This document shows positions 31,085-47,110 of a stretch of 64,000 nt of DNA, piece by piece. The translations under genes and the position numbers were made by a program. This DNA is from Schmidtea polychroa. Its lineage: Eukaryota. Where the stretch lies: contig CM097885.1 of NCBI GenBank assembly GCA_044892525.1, positions 41,728,001 through 41,792,000 of the forward strand, read 5' to 3'. The notes under the pieces are model-generated. The model was not told the origin of the DNA, did no database searches, and was given only the letters and a program-made list of their open reading frames with translations. Positions within the stretch are counted from its first letter, which is position 1. Each line of letters begins with the position of its first letter.

Positions 31085-34000
31085 ATTGAAATTGCATTGA
31101 ATATCGGGTTGAAATTTTATTTTAAAAGGTGTTACACAATGTTTAAAATACATTAATACATTAAAATACTATGCGAAAATTACCAAAAATACATTTCAAT
31201 TAGATTGTAATTTTGGAGATTGACGAATTACTCGCAAATAAAATCGAGTTACCTTTACAATTATAGAACATGGAAATAATTTTGTTTACTCAAACTTATC
31301 CGCATGTTTTGATCATTTAATTATTATAATTAAATTACTTGCATGAAATGAAAATTGTCTGTAGAATAAGCTTTTTAAGAAATAATAATTCATATTTTAA
31401 CCTTACCGTTTCCAATACTACCTTTCGGCGTATGAATAAATTTTGCTGCAATGTCTTTACTCGTCTACAGGCGACTGTATAAGTATATCGTTTGAAGAAT
31501 CATTTTCATGGTAATTGCCATTCATTTAATTGATAGAAAGGTTGGAATATGCAAGTATCGTAACTTAGGAAACCCTTAACATAGCTTTTATTTCCGTAAA
31601 CCAATATATTCACCTTTTATAGGCTTCATGTATAAGACCATAATTTACATGTCATATTCTTTTGGCTTTTATAGTCCTATTATCATTTTGGAGTCAGTAA
31701 GCTTTGGATCGTAAGAATAACTTTTTATAGATTTTCGTTGGATTAATCTTTCAAATTTCTTAGTACCAACGGTCTCAGTTACAGAATAATTTGAAGTATT
31801 CAGAGGTCTATCGTTAATCATTTTTAGTTGCATCGAGTCAGTAGCGTATACTATATTGTTAATTTGAAAAGAATTCATTTTTATTACCGGTTGTTCTTTA
31901 ATTTTTCAGTTAAAGAGCAAATGTCCTAACCTTCAAAAATGGGAAACTCAACTAACATTGTAAGATTTATCCGAACTTTGAACTTACTTTAGGCAATATA
32001 TAAATATATCATTATATATAATACTTGAAACATTTTAATTAATTGTTAATATTACATTAATTTAATTAACGAGGGTTGTCAAGCCATGTTTAACCATCAA
32101 GCAAACTAATTGGTCGACTAGGGAGGCCAATTTCTGGGCACGCACTAAAACCAAAGCTATTAGTTTCTACATTTTCTAGAGCAAAATGCTAGGAATGAAA
32201 TTTTATAATTACATTATATTCGTGTATAAATTCTACTGAATGAAAATATGAAATTAAAACAACAACATAGGATCCTTTTGTGATTCTAAAGGTTAATATT
32301 AGATAATGAGTTGTCGTTGGCATGGGGTAACTAATTCGCCAAATGCACAAAATAGTCTCGCATCGGCCCTGTTGTCAGAAAAAAAATACTCATTTTTTAT
32401 TTTAAAAGAAATATTTATTTTATAATTGCAATCATTTTTTCGTTTGCTATTATTTTAGAAATTATAGTGAATTAAAACAAAATGCATAATTTTTTGAATT
32501 CTTGAAATTGTCATCACCTTAAGGATTGTTATAAATTACCACAAACTGCTGGTAAAACGAAAATTTATTAATTTATTAAATTTAATTAAATAATACTTTT
32601 TGTCGAATTCTTATTGGTCACTTATTTTTATTTTCTCATAGGACTATTTACTATAATTTAAAGAAATTAATCATTTAATCAAACGTTTCAATAAAAATAT
32701 TATTGAAACGCGTCAATATAGATAAACGTCAAATTAGAGGAAAACTATTTTTTGTTCTGATTTTTCAAAGGTTTAATTTAATAATTTACGAGAATTTTGA
32801 GTTTCCATGATTTATTACAACAGAACTCGACATCATATTTTCTATAACTCTTAATTGAAATGATATTCAGCAACTGCAGCAGTCTTTTTTCCAATCTTTT
32901 TTTTATTTTATTTTTACTTAAACTTTTATAATAAAAATAAACTTTATGTATATTTGTTCAATCATTTGTACAATGTGCAATGGTCCTACTTGCAAACATC
33001 ATAAGTCGACTGACCATTAGACATTTTATTTTTCTTGTTGGAATTGACAAAAAAATTAGAAAATGCCGCCTTCAAAAAGTGCGAAAAGTGCCGCCTTTGC
33101 CTACGCTTAAACCCGGGCCGGGTCAAAACTTTTTTAATTATAAATTAATTCAAAATTTTATTTTGTTTATTCCAATTTCCAAAAATTTTTCACTTTTAAT
33201 AAAACGATTAAAAATCTTTTCTTAAAAATTATGATGTTAGATGAAATAATTGATGAATTTATTTTACATTATATTCGTTTGATTGCTTTTGTCAAATTCA
33301 AAATAATTTTTTTGTTTGATATAAATTTTTATATATTTTATATTTTTTGTCCTGATGTTATTGTAAAAAAATTAAAATATTAAATCTCCTAATATGCGTG
33401 TTTATTTTTTTATTATAGCGTAGCTGTAGTTTGTTTTTGGTTTAACAATTAAATAAAAAATTTTAAGGGTCCTTGAAAATGTTACCACTAGAAGCAATTA
33501 AAATTTTAATTAAAAAATTTTTTTTTAATTTTATTAATTAAACGACAATGGATCAACATTTATATTTTTCTACAGAGTTTTCTTCAGAGTATAAATAAAT
33601 TTTCCAAATACGCCAGTATTTACTTTATGAAAATGAATCAATCATCATTTTGAAAAAAACTTTTCGTCATTTATCTTTTAATCGCCATTTCCATCATACT
33701 TATAATGATAATTTATGTTGATATGGGAATTATGACTAAACGTTTCAATTCTCTCTCTTTCAATGCCTTAGACATGTTTAATAGTCATTATTTTGAATAA
33801 TTTTTGATAATTTTCTAAAATTTAAAATGGAAAGAAAATACGCCCAAGGCTTATAAGAAGTAAAATGCAATTGCCGAAATTCAATTTTGAATTCGTTTGT
33901 ATTTTTTTTCATTTTAATGAGTCATATTTTCATTTATTTGATTTTAAATTGTTTCTATTATCAGATTTTTGTTTAAATTAATGATAATATTTTTATATAG

Positions 34001-34395
34001 CAATTCATAAAGATATATAAATATATTATCCACTTAAAATTTAAAAGCAATAATTTTTGTTAAATTATATTTTCATAGATAAATAGAATGGAAATCCTTT
34101 ATATAATGTTAAATGAATGAAATTTTATAATCGGTCGCATTTTCAGAAGGTTTTTTGATAAGAAAAAATAATGAAGTTCTTTTATAAATTTATATATGGT
34201 ATAATGCTCTAGTTCGAATGATGAACACATTAGAAGCTTACGATGATCCTTTATAATATTAATGCAGAGTATCAATAATAGATATGCAAATTATTTTATA
34301 ATACTTCAATATTTGGACATGCATCAAAGATTGATATTATGATTATTATTTTATTATATTGTTTAATATTAACAGTTTATTAAAACAATCACCTC

Positions 34396-34447
<52 letters not shown>

Positions 34448-34903
34448 AATATATATAATATAGATATTTGGTAAATCATATCTGAAAGAAAGCCTCGCAT
34501 AAAAATTTTCGATCTAAAATTTATCCATGCGTAATAATTTATGAATCAGTTAAAATATTGCCAGAACGCTGCGTTTCATGCGTAAATGCAATTATTCATT
34601 GAATCATCGAGAAATAATGAATAAGAAACTTCAATTCACTCTTGTCAGGCATCTAATTACGCAACATTGATAAAAGTTTTATCACAATCGCCATTGAATT
34701 TATCTAGTTTATTTTCAATGCATTTTTCTCCTAATCTTGTTGTTATAGTTGTGAATTGTTCACTATTCAATGACGTAATTCTTTGTAAGTGGGAGATTCG
34801 TTCTGTCACTCATTTACATTTATTGACATCAATGAGCGCTCCCTACCAGATTCCTACTGACTCATTTTCAATTAAATTTATTAAATTTTTTTTATTTTTC
34901 CAG

Positions 34904-35102
34904 TTTGGATCAGCAATTGATGTTTCTCAATGTCACAGTTAAGTTGGATTCAAGGACGAAAAATTCTGTGAAATTCATTAAAGTGAAATGTAAAATCGTT
35001 CCAAAAAATACCAAGCATATAACTCCTTTATATGATGACGCAAGTGAAGTGGAAATTTCATTACGTAAATCAAAAGATCTAATAATAATACCAGTAGTTA
35101 AG
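34904..35102 (+). CDS. TMEM132: TMEM132-like gene, coding exon 3
   Basis: ttttccag| acceptor, LDQQLMFLNVTV...DLIIIPVVK, donor AAG|GTAAT (phase 0). Confidence 0.8.
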
Positions 35103-35157
35103 GTAATTTTCATATAATTTTCTACGTCAATTTATAAAAGGAATTGTGATGATGATG

Positions 35158-35196
<39 letters not shown>

Positions 35197-38100
35197 CAAT
35201 AAAGTGATAATTTAAGTCTTTTGCTGCGAATAATGTATTCAATGAAAAAATTTTCGACTATAAGATAGTCGTTGTCAATAAAAAGCTGCTACCAAGAATA
35301 TCATCACTTTAATAATAATAATAATAATAATAATTATTATTATAAATAATAATAATTATACTAATTGTAATAATAATAATTATTATTATTATTATTATGG
35401 TAAATATAAACAAAATACGATTCCAGTTCACATGATAGATTTACCAAACATATCATTCAAACCATATAATAATTTATGCTTTAACTTTCTAGACGATAAA
35501 GTAAAAATATCTGTGAAATCGAACGTAGAAAAAATAAACAAATTGTAGATTAATGAATATGTAATCAAAATTTTATACAAAATGCAAGTGATTGAGATTA
35601 TAAATTAAAATAAAATTTATTCAAAGTTTATTCTAAATATTAAATTTAAAACTTTCATAATTAAATTATTTAAATTTTGGTTTTCGAAAGGAGATTATTT
35701 AATAAAATATATTTAATAAGATATATTGTAAAATTCTTATATTTTTCAATAAATTATATTCTAACAATTATACATATATTATGAATATAATATAATGATT
35801 TCATCAACAATGTTCTTAGTTAAGAAAATTACAATAATTATTGTTATAATTATATTCGCTATTTTATGAAAAAAAAATTTTAATGAAAATTCTAAGATAA
35901 TTAATTCAGTAGTATTTTCAAAATTAAAAAAAATGAATAGATTTTCATGTTTATTAAATCGCATTATCATCCAATAAGATGGGTGATTTTATGTTAATAA
36001 ATATTGAACTAATACCTTTCTTACTAGTAATTTGGCGTGCGCATAAGATAACTTTTCTTTTTGTTTTGTTTGAAATCTCAATTGATCTTTGTCAATCCAT
36101 TATCTTTTCTGTACAAAATTTTCACTTGTCATTTAATTTTTGTCTTATAAAAGGTTAGAAAACTATTAGAGAAGTTATAAAGTGCTATTAAAGACGTAAT
36201 TACAATCACATGAAAATTTATATATAATTCCCAATAAATACTTTTGACCGTGAATACTTTATATTTCATATGGATTCAATATCCTAAAAGATATTTTTGA
36301 ATTTTCACTGCACCAGTCCGATTTGGTATTTGTTAATTATTATAGAGATTAAATAAGATAGGGTAAATTTAGGGTAACAAGCACTTTGTAATTATAATTA
36401 TAAATTCTTTTCCCAAACAACATAATTCTATTCTACAATCATGTACATCAGTGATTCTGAACCTCTATATATTTTATGTAAAAACCATATATAACTAATC
36501 TTACAACATTCTTTATTTTTGAAAACATTTTCAAGGTTAACTGCATCTAAAAATTTTGGAAATAAATATTTTTTTGCATTTCATAAATATCCAACGAAAT
36601 TTTTTAGCTTAATTTTTTACTTTTTTTACATCTTTAACAATTAAATAAATTTGTTTTAATCTTAGTGATAAAAATCGATATTTTATAAAAAGTATAAATA
36701 AAGAATTTATGGTTATGATATGGGCATTGACTATAAAATGACTTAAGGCAATAAGTATTTTTGGTTAAATTGTTCTTTTTTCATCAAATAAATGTTACTT
36801 TACACAAAATAGGATTTTTTAATTTTCTTAATATTTCTAAAAATCTCTTCATAGTCATTTCTTTTATTTCCGTAACAACTCAAGCGTTTTCATTCATCAA
36901 GCATTTCCAAATAAATAATTTATTTAATTTACATTTAAAAATGTAATTAAACTGAATTTTAGTTATTGAATAATTTTTTTAAATTTAAAATAATTGTTGT
37001 TTTAATTGATTTAAATATTTGACATTTAATATACCAATTAATATATCAATTGAAGTGAAAACAGAAATAAATAAATATTTATATTGGATTAATAGTATTC
37101 ATTTCTAAGCATTTTATGGAAATTTATAGATATTTAAAAAATAGTTTTACTGAAACTTTAAATTTTTCGCAAGATTTAAAAATGTAGTTCGGAAGATTCT
37201 TTCTATTTTTATAAATACGCCATTCTCAATTAGTTGGTTGTTTGAATTTGTCGAGTAAGTAATAAAATATCAAAACAAACCTCCAATAAGTTCACACAGT
37301 TCTTCAGATATTCTTGCTAATTAAGTTTTGTTGGCCCTGTTGTTACTTTGTCTTGTAATTTCGTCTATTCATGTATAACTACTTAACAAGCAAAACCGAA
37401 GCCCAAGCTGCTTTGTAATGACGCCATTAAACATCAAACACTGTATATTTTACTCACCAATGAGCCGCCGCTTATTTCATATAATTAATTACAAAATTTG
37501 TTTATATGCACCGCTGAGTTTCATTTCCAGATAAATTTATAGTTAGTCACATGAATTTTTGTATCGCTTCGACAGAAGCGAAACCTTATCGGAAATTTAC
37601 CGGCTTTCTGACTCATAAGGGGTACATGGTCTTTTTATTAATGAATATTGTACATGCAAACTAATTATGTCGCTACAATTTTCACGGTGTTGGGTTTTTG
37701 TTTAAATCTGCTGTTAAATATAATTATAACCTCTTGAGACGTTGAGGAATATTTTGAAAATATTTTTTCCAATTTTTAAGACGATTGCCATGATTTATTT
37801 TTTAAAAATAATTTAACATTGCATTCATTTGTCATGAATTTTTATGAAAAGATATTGCATGTTAAATATTTTGAATAGTTAAATTTGTTGATTTAAAACA
37901 AAGTTTTCATAGAATTTATTTAGTTATCCTTATACTATAGTGAGGAATTATTTTATTAATTTTTCTTTTATGTATTTCGATATTTAACAAAGATTTTCTA
38001 CAAATTTTGTGGATTTATTGAGAAGAAAAATTTCTCCGAAAGTTAAAGGAATGACACTTCCTAAATTTCAATTGTTATTAAAATAGTTTCGAAAGACAAG

Positions 38101-40471
38101 ATTAAATGGACCATAGTGGCAAGGGCGTGGCTATATCTAATACAAAGATGGAACCATTATTAGAATAATGTCAAACACGAGTCTCAATATTTTAGCATTA
38201 ATTTTAAAAATCATTTACCGTTAGTTTGTTTCACGTAAACAATTTTTACAAAAGAATATAAACAAAATAATATATATTTAATATATATATATATATTTGT
38301 ATAAGATAAAATGCTGATATTCCCCGAAAGTGAAATGTTTTTAAATATCGAAACAAAAAGATCCGTAAAAATGACTTAATCCAACTTTACAATCGGGAAT
38401 GCTAATAAAGAAACTCCTAAAAGTTCAGTCGAATCATTTGAAGTCATGGTCAAATAATGCTACGCATGCGCCATATATGCATAATAAATTAGGATTTTGT
38501 GCGGTCATTTTAGAGGGTGGCTTGGAATTAAGCCAATCAGCGATTTAGATTTTTTTCGCATAATTAATTAACATAACAAAGATAATTTATTTTAATATTT
38601 GATAAAATTAAATATTTTATTAATTTTAATAATTATTCAGTAATAATTAAATAAAAATATTTCAATTCTATTAAATCTGTTAATTTAAACATTTTATTTT
38701 TAATGTATTAAATTAAATTAAATTTATAAAAATCTAAATTTTCTATATTAATACTGAAGTTATTTTTTGTATTTTTTAAAATTTCAATTGACTGTTCGAA
38801 AAAATTTCTTCAAACGCATTAGTATCTGTCTTAGGATCTCAAATACACTGGGAAATTAGTGAAAATTTAATTTAATTTAATTTCTTGTATTTTTCTATTG
38901 ATAATTATTAGATGAAAAATTTCAACGAATATTATTAATAAAATTATGTCTGAGATTTCAGCACCTTCTCTTATTCCACGCTCTGGGCTTGATTCTCTTC
39001 TTCAGTTTATAAGATAATTACATATTTAATAACAATTTAAACATGAAAAGTTCTCCAAAAAAATTCATTGAAAATATAACAGTTTAATATAAACAAATAT
39101 TGATTAAAAAAATAAGTGAAAACACTGATTATTTAAAGCTTGAAAATTTAACAACCTATTATTTACGATAAAGAATTTTGTCTGAACACAATTAATCTCG
39201 GTTTAAAGAATTATGATTGACAGAGGGAAATGAACAATTAGCATCACTAATTGCAGGCATGTACGATTTGTTCTACAAACACAATTGAAACTTTGTGAAA
39301 TTGGAAGAAAATATTTCAGACAAATTTTTTTTTGGAGCAAACGTAACGGTTGCAGTCATTCATGCAAACCGTGACGACGAGTCACAGACACAAGACCGTT
39401 GAACAAATATAAACAATTATTTGCCACGGAGTTACAGCTTTACCTGTTAGTTACTGTATATAGGTCTTATTTTCGGGTGACTCGGTAACGGAATTTGCAC
39501 ATTTCCTGATGTGTATTACTAATACTGTCAGCCCATTCAACCGGATAAAATCAGGTGATTTGACAAATTGCTTCATTAAATGCATCGTGCTGGAATAAAA
39601 TTCTCAACGAGAATTTTTATAATTTTCTATAAATCCATTAATTTATATTCATATATACATGAATGGCTTTTCCTGTTGCTATGACAACATGTGCTTTTAT
39701 GCTTCAATAGTGCTTGCAAGTATTTATCAATTTATGAAATGGGAAACATAGCTGTGAATACATCCACCATGGTACTCTACTACTCTTAGATGTTATGCAA
39801 ATGCAATTTTTTTTGTTTAAATCATTTCAATAATAATGAGACACGATGCCTTTTTCTAGCGATGTAATTGTATGTATTTTTTTTACTTTGTAAGTATGTA
39901 TGTTTGTAGACTTCATAGACAATTCTCAATTTCTATCATGCACGTTAGTCATTCCATTCCGTTATATGCCTATATTTATTTCAAATTAACTATGACGTGC
40001 AGAAGTCTGTAGAGTTTATATTTCCACAAAGCCTTATTTATTTTGTTTATTTTCGTATTATTTTTCGTAATTATTCTGTTAAAAAATTTCAATATTTTTT
40101 ACAACATTAATAAGTAGTATTAATAAATAATTAAATTATTATTTATCTACAGAATGTGATAATAATGATAAAATGGTGGTAATGTTTTTAAAAATTCATA
40201 TTAAAGGGTCACAACAAAACGGGATGTAAGTGGTCTGTATATCTTGTCAAAATTAATTTATTTCAATTTATTCTATGAATTATAATTATGTTGTTTAAAA
40301 TGAGTTATAATTTTAATTAGATGATATCCTAAAATAGATAATCGAAAGCTTAAGTAAATTAAATGGAATCTTAAAATTATTAATCATAATCCAAAATTAA
40401 TTTTCAATAACAATTTCATAAATTGTTATATTTTTCTTAAATTTTTATATATTTCCCTAAAAATCTCTAAA

Positions 40472-40930
40472 ATGTCCAACACAAGTGAAACTGAATACCA
40501 AACATTAGCTACATATCACTCAGAAGAAAGCGAATCAGAGTCCAAAGATGACGGAATAACCAAAAGACCAAGACAAAGTCGTTTATGGGTTACAATTCAA
40601 GTATTTGAAAATCGAGAGCAACCTATTGTCTAGCTTCGTTCAAACGATTTTTGGTCATTTGACAAGAGCTATGGCAAAGAAGGGCGTAAAGAAGTGTCTG
40701 TTATCCGTTTTGAAACAATTACCGAACACACTCATGGTGAGATTTTGAAGAGTCAACCAAAAATCGGAATCAATATGAAAACTAAAGAAGTTATTATTGA
40801 ATAGTTCAAGCTTGGAATTAAGAAGCCAAAATTAATATGCGCTAATCTATTGATGAAAAAAGTTGAAAATTTAAATATTGAAGTTCCTAGCGAGCGTCAA
40901 TTAACCAACTTTCGGCAGACTTTAAAAGAA
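40472..40930 (+). mobile_element. Probable Mutator-like transposase N-terminal relic
   Basis: Single frame with two stops: ...FETITEHTH..KIGINMKTKEVIIE*FKLGIKKPKLICANL..EVPSERQLTNF, resembling the HxH finger end and following helical region of MULE transposases. Confidence 0.45.
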
Positions 40931-41089
40931 TGCAACCATAAAAATTTGAATTTTGGCAAACTTTTTTGAATCAACACGCAATCATCTCTGAATATACGGA
41001 AGAAGGTACATTATAAACTAATAATAATAATAAAAATAATAATAAAATTAGGTAAGATATTACAGCACTTTTTATTACTTATATTTATA

Positions 41090-41328
<239 letters not shown>

Positions 41329-43398
41329 CTCTTCAAATTATTCTTTTAAAGTGCGGCTTTTGATGAATATATAATTATATTAAGACCTTCAGAGACAGTC
41401 TGAGTTTACTTGGGTTATTTATATGAACAATAACAGTCGGAAACCCTCGACTCCGGGGCCGCTTGTGACTCTTAACTCGAAAAATGTGGCTATCTTAAAA
41501 ATTGGAAAAATCATAAAATCTTACCTTTTATTTCCTTTTGAATTTTTTATAATTATGGCTTTTAAGTTGGAAAAGGTTCTCGACCTATGACTTTAACCAT
41601 CGCTTTCAGCTTGTTTTGAATGATGTAATAAACGAAATAAAGTAAGTGAATAATTTTATATCGGTTATAGATAAAATTTGCAATTTTTATCAATCAAATG
41701 AAAAATAGAAAATTTCTATTCAACATCCATGATACAATAGTACAAAATATTTGTTTTATTAATTAAATAAAATTTAATTGGTTTTAATTCAAAAAGTCAT
41801 TTAATATCTTAAGATCGTTTTGAATTGTATTTAAATAAAAATTATTTTAATTAATAATAAAAAAGATATTTTGAGAAATTATCAAAATAATATTTATTTT
41901 CATTTTTGTGCAAAAAATACGATTTCAAGTAAATTTGTTTAAGCCAATTCTTCTAAAATATAATTTATCTACAATTGTTCAAAATATACATTTTACCCAA
42001 TGCATTTATGTTGTTACTATTTATTATTTTAGTATATAAAATGAATATAAAATTATAGTCTTGTTTAACAAAATAATTCAAGATAAATGATTGAGGGGAA
42101 AGTAATATAGAATTAATAAAGAAAAAGAAAACTGATTATTTATGAAACGAAAGCGACTTATTGATGGAAAAGAAAGTTGAAATTATTGTCTGAAAAGAAA
42201 GCGAAAATTATGAAAAACAATTTGACTGTGATAATAGCTTTTTCTTTTTTATCTGCATCAGTTTAAACAAGACCATCTGTGATAATAGACAAGATTCTCA
42301 TCAGGTGGAACTTCTCAAAGATACTTTAAACATATTTCAAAAGTTTCATGAACTGATAGTACCAAAACTGTTTCAAGATTAATGAAAATCATTAATTATT
42401 GTTTAAGTTGAATTAAAAGTTTTGGTTTACATCAAAGGTCCTTAACCTTTTTTTACTTGACACACCTAACCCCTGATCTCAAATTTAGTGACACACTGAA
42501 CTATATCAAATCGTAATAATAAATAATTTATTGGTAAAATGACTCTGACTAATGATACTGATAAATTATGAAACATCTTTCAAAGTCGGAGTTTAAATTA
42601 CACCTTGAAAAACAAAACGAAACCTAGTGATTTGAGGAATTCCCAATCCAGATTGTGGTTCATCATATTATTTATCTTACAGATCGTAGTCTTGACTGAT
42701 CACTCAATGCCAATTTTATAGTAAAGTTTAGCTAACATGCAGCTTTATTTTTTTTATATATATGTATATATTTGGTTAATATCGAGAAACAATCGTTATC
42801 TAAATATAGTTTTATTGCAAGGTTAAAATTGCAACGGATTAGGATTGCTAATAATGTTATTTGTTCTTTCTTTGAGCGTTTAGCGTTTTTGAATCATTTG
42901 AAAAATAACCTATGATTTACCATATTCCATAGGATTATGCTGTAGATCATCATTGGCAATAATAAAATTGATTACAATATTTTTACTGCTCATAATTAAT
43001 GTATGAAGTCAAAGTTTCCTATAGAATAAAAATAAATCGAATTTATTGATAACACAACAAGTTCTCGTGACACACGCAACACAGTGACTGCAATTTAGGG
43101 CAGAGGGAATATATAACTTCAAAGCTCTCTTAAAAGCTCACCATTTTTTAGTGAAATTTATACAACATAACCGGTTTATTATTATGTTTTACACCAGTGT
43201 TACCCAAACTTTTTTGCTTCGCTAATTTGAAAAATTTACACAAATAAAGAAATGATGCCAACAGAAAAATTTTGCTTACAAAAAAAGAAGCTGTTCGAAT
43301 ATAAATTATATTCAGTGATGTTTATTTTTAAATTTTTCTTATTTTTTCCTGAGTAATATTTCAGTGCCGGTGGATAACAATTTGTTTTAAAATTTCTT

Positions 43399-43482
<84 letters not shown>

Positions 43483-44174
43483 AATACATATTATTATATT
43501 TTTATAATTTTGTTTGTATAAATAAATATATAAATAGAATTTTAAATATAATAATTTCAATCTAAAATTTAAATCCCACAAAATTTGGGACTCCGACTAT
43601 TCGTCATCACTAATTTTCTATTTATTGATAAACCTCAAATCATTTAAATCACGCCCCCAATGGAGAATTTTAATACAAATTTCCCATTCTTTTGAAGTAA
43701 AAATAGATAAAAGCACGCTTGGATTATCGAATTTACACATCCAACATTAAAGTTGAAATATATAAATTTCTTTTGCATTTAATTTATTGACAAATAGTAA
43801 ATCTGTTTCGAATAAAAAATTAATTAAATTCAAAAGAATCGTTTAAAACAAAACACATGAAACTCTGGATAAAATTTGCATTCAATAATCTGAATCGGGA
43901 GAAGTTTGGGGAAAATCTATTCTATGAAAAAAACATAGAAACGGTTTCTGTGAACTCAACAGGTGGAGTTTTACAATGAAAAGCTATGATGTTTTTTCTG
44001 TTTTTTTAAATTCCTTTATTTATTGTACTTAAAAATCAATGAATTAAATGTTGAAATCTTTTTTTGAAATATACAAAATGATCAAAATCAAAATTTGATT
44101 AGTTTATAATAAAAATGTTATTATTATTATTATTTTTTATTTTTATTATTAATAATTATATTAAAATTATTTTA

Positions 44175-44262
<88 letters not shown>

Positions 44263-44768
44263 TAACAAAGGTTAAATTCTTTGAATACTACATTAATACC
44301 TAAAAATTTTTCAAAAATCAATTAAATTTAATAATTAATTATAAATATATCAATAAAAACATCCCAAAATACAACTGCAAAAATTATTCTCCATTATCTA
44401 TAATTAATTTTGGCTTTGAAATTTGTCCTATTGGCCAATGCGATCAAAAAAGAAATGAAAAATTTTTAGTTTTATCAAAAAATGCTTTGCTCTTGTATTT
44501 GTCAATAAAAGAAATTCGAAAATTTCGCTGGCCGTAAACTGCTGAAATATTCATGCCCAAAAATTTTTAAATATTTGCATAATGCGGAAATTGAAAAACT
44601 GGTCACTGTTGATGAGAATATAAATAATTAATAAATTGTAATGACAATTTATTGCTTTCAATTGATAATTTCTTTTAATTTTTCAATTGAAATCCATAAT
44701 GATGTCATTTTAATTTTTTGAAGTTTGTTTTTGATTTAATCGGCTTTAATTCATTGATAATAATAATG

Positions 44769-44870
<102 letters not shown>

Positions 44871-44884
44871 TTAATAATATTAAT

Positions 44885-44924
<40 letters not shown>

Positions 44925-45670
44925 TTAATAATAATAATATTAAGTTATAATTAAAAATTTCCTGCTTCAATGAATTTCTACTTGTTAATAGGAATCTCAT
45001 TGGCATTATTTCAACACGGAATGTTAACGCAGTGGTGGTAATTAATTTTCATATGTTTTTATTCCATCATTTCGGGTAAATTTTATCAAATCCAGTGAGA
45101 ATACAATAATTATTATTTAAGTAATATTAACAGATGCGACTTATCCATTGTGTGAACTGTGCTTAGCACAGTGACGCCAGCAGAAGAGGAGGTGTCCGTG
45201 AATATAATAAATAAATCATTTTTGTTTAAATCAATATGTACAAAAAAATCTTAAAATGACATTATATTTATTTACTTTTCTAACTTTTTTCATATTTTTG
45301 TTATAAATATGATTGCTTGATTACCTATGATTAATTTACTATAATGATAATTGTTTGATTGGTATTTTATAAACATTTAATATTAATCATTTAGTCCTTG
45401 TAGAAAAAATCACCATATCAAAAATAGAAAACCATTCATATTTTCTTATTCATAATTGTCACTAGAAGTATTTTGATCTTGTCAATATGTTTACTGAAGT
45501 AAATAACACTAGAAGAATAAGATGCATTTTTTGAAAATTATAAATAATTACAATTAGACTTTCCCGAAAACATTAAAAAAAACATCTGGTTTCATACCGT
45601 TACAATAGAGAAATCGGTGATAAAACATTTTGTATTTCTTATTTTTCTAGTCAGGATTAGCTCAATGCGT

Positions 45671-45813
<143 letters not shown>

Positions 45814-46757
45814 CAATTGTGTATATTATAATTTTTCAAATATAAACCAATTCAAGATTAATGAACGAATTTATGATGTAAAAATAAGTCATAATTTATA
45901 TTCATCATGTTATAATCTAATCTATTATCTACCTAATTCCGATGCTTCATGGATTCGTGTCAAAATTGGGATCTGATTATTATATTTTGTCATATACTGT
46001 GTTTTAATTAACTGTATGACTTCCCTAATAAATTGTCCAATGAGAATTTTGCGCTTCTTTTGAATTTCAGTTGTATAATCAATTCAATTTATCAATGTAT
46101 AAAATTCAATTTTTAAATTTATATGGGAGTTTCTGGGAAGTCATTGTTGAATAGAAAGTTTCACTATTAAGGCTTTCCTCAAAAGGGTATCTTCAGTTGT
46201 GAATATTATAATAAATTTTTGCCATATATGAGAAATTCAACAAACAGATCACGAAACAGCTCTGTATTGTTTGGTTAAATGCAACGGAAACATAAAAGTT
46301 ATCAACAATGGAAAACCTTAATTATTCACGAGTCTGTGGTGAAGGATGCCGATGATGTGTACGGTATAAAGAAGATGTTCAGGAATACTTTGAAATTAAA
46401 AATTCACGGAAATTAGATATTTATATGAGACAAAAGGCTGCATTTTTATAGTATTTTTTCCTCTTTCATATCCGGTAATTAATAGGCGCATCTCATATTT
46501 ATTTCCCTTCCCACGTTATTTAAAAAGGAGAATTTAATATTCTAGAATATTACTAATTTATAAAATAAAAATAATAATTTAAGTTGTATATAATTCCTAT
46601 ATTAATTTGTAATTAAGTTAATAATAAATCATTATAACACTAATTAAATTACATTTTCTAAAAATTAATTAAATTTGAAAGTCCATTTTATAAGTAATTA
46701 AAGGTTTGTAATTTATTAAATTTTTGTTAAATTTTAATAATTTAAATATTTTTCCAG

Positions 46758-47110
46758 GAATCAAGGGATATTTTCTCAATATATTCAAAGCCAAATATTG
46801 ACTTTAAAAATGACCTATTACAATTATATATGGTTCAAAACTACAAAGATAGATCAGTGAAAAAAATTTCATCGCAATTTCAAATGTATCCAGTTGATAC
46901 GATCCATTTATCAGTTCATAATAATAACAAAAGCCATATGTCTATTAATATGAATTATCAAACATATCTCAATCCATGGTCTATTCAAGTGGTATTACAT
47001 GACAATGTCCATACCCTGATTTCCCCGGTCAGAGTCTGGCGGCCCGAATCCTGGAAATTAATGTTATCCGATGAAATTCTGAGACCAATTAAAAACTGGG
47101 CTGTTTATCA
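46758..47110 (+). CDS. TMEM132: TMEM132-like gene, coding exon 4
   Basis: tttccag|GAA phase 0. VRVWRPESWKLMLSDEILRPIKNW resembles the TMEM132 VWxP...VSDxxLxxIKGW block. Donor CA|GTAAGT. Confidence 0.82.

Noticed and set aside
30350..31880. Possible nested minus-strand exons or transposon fragments (ORFs 30485-30700, 31669-31878)
   Set aside because: No recognisable domain or consistent splice structure.
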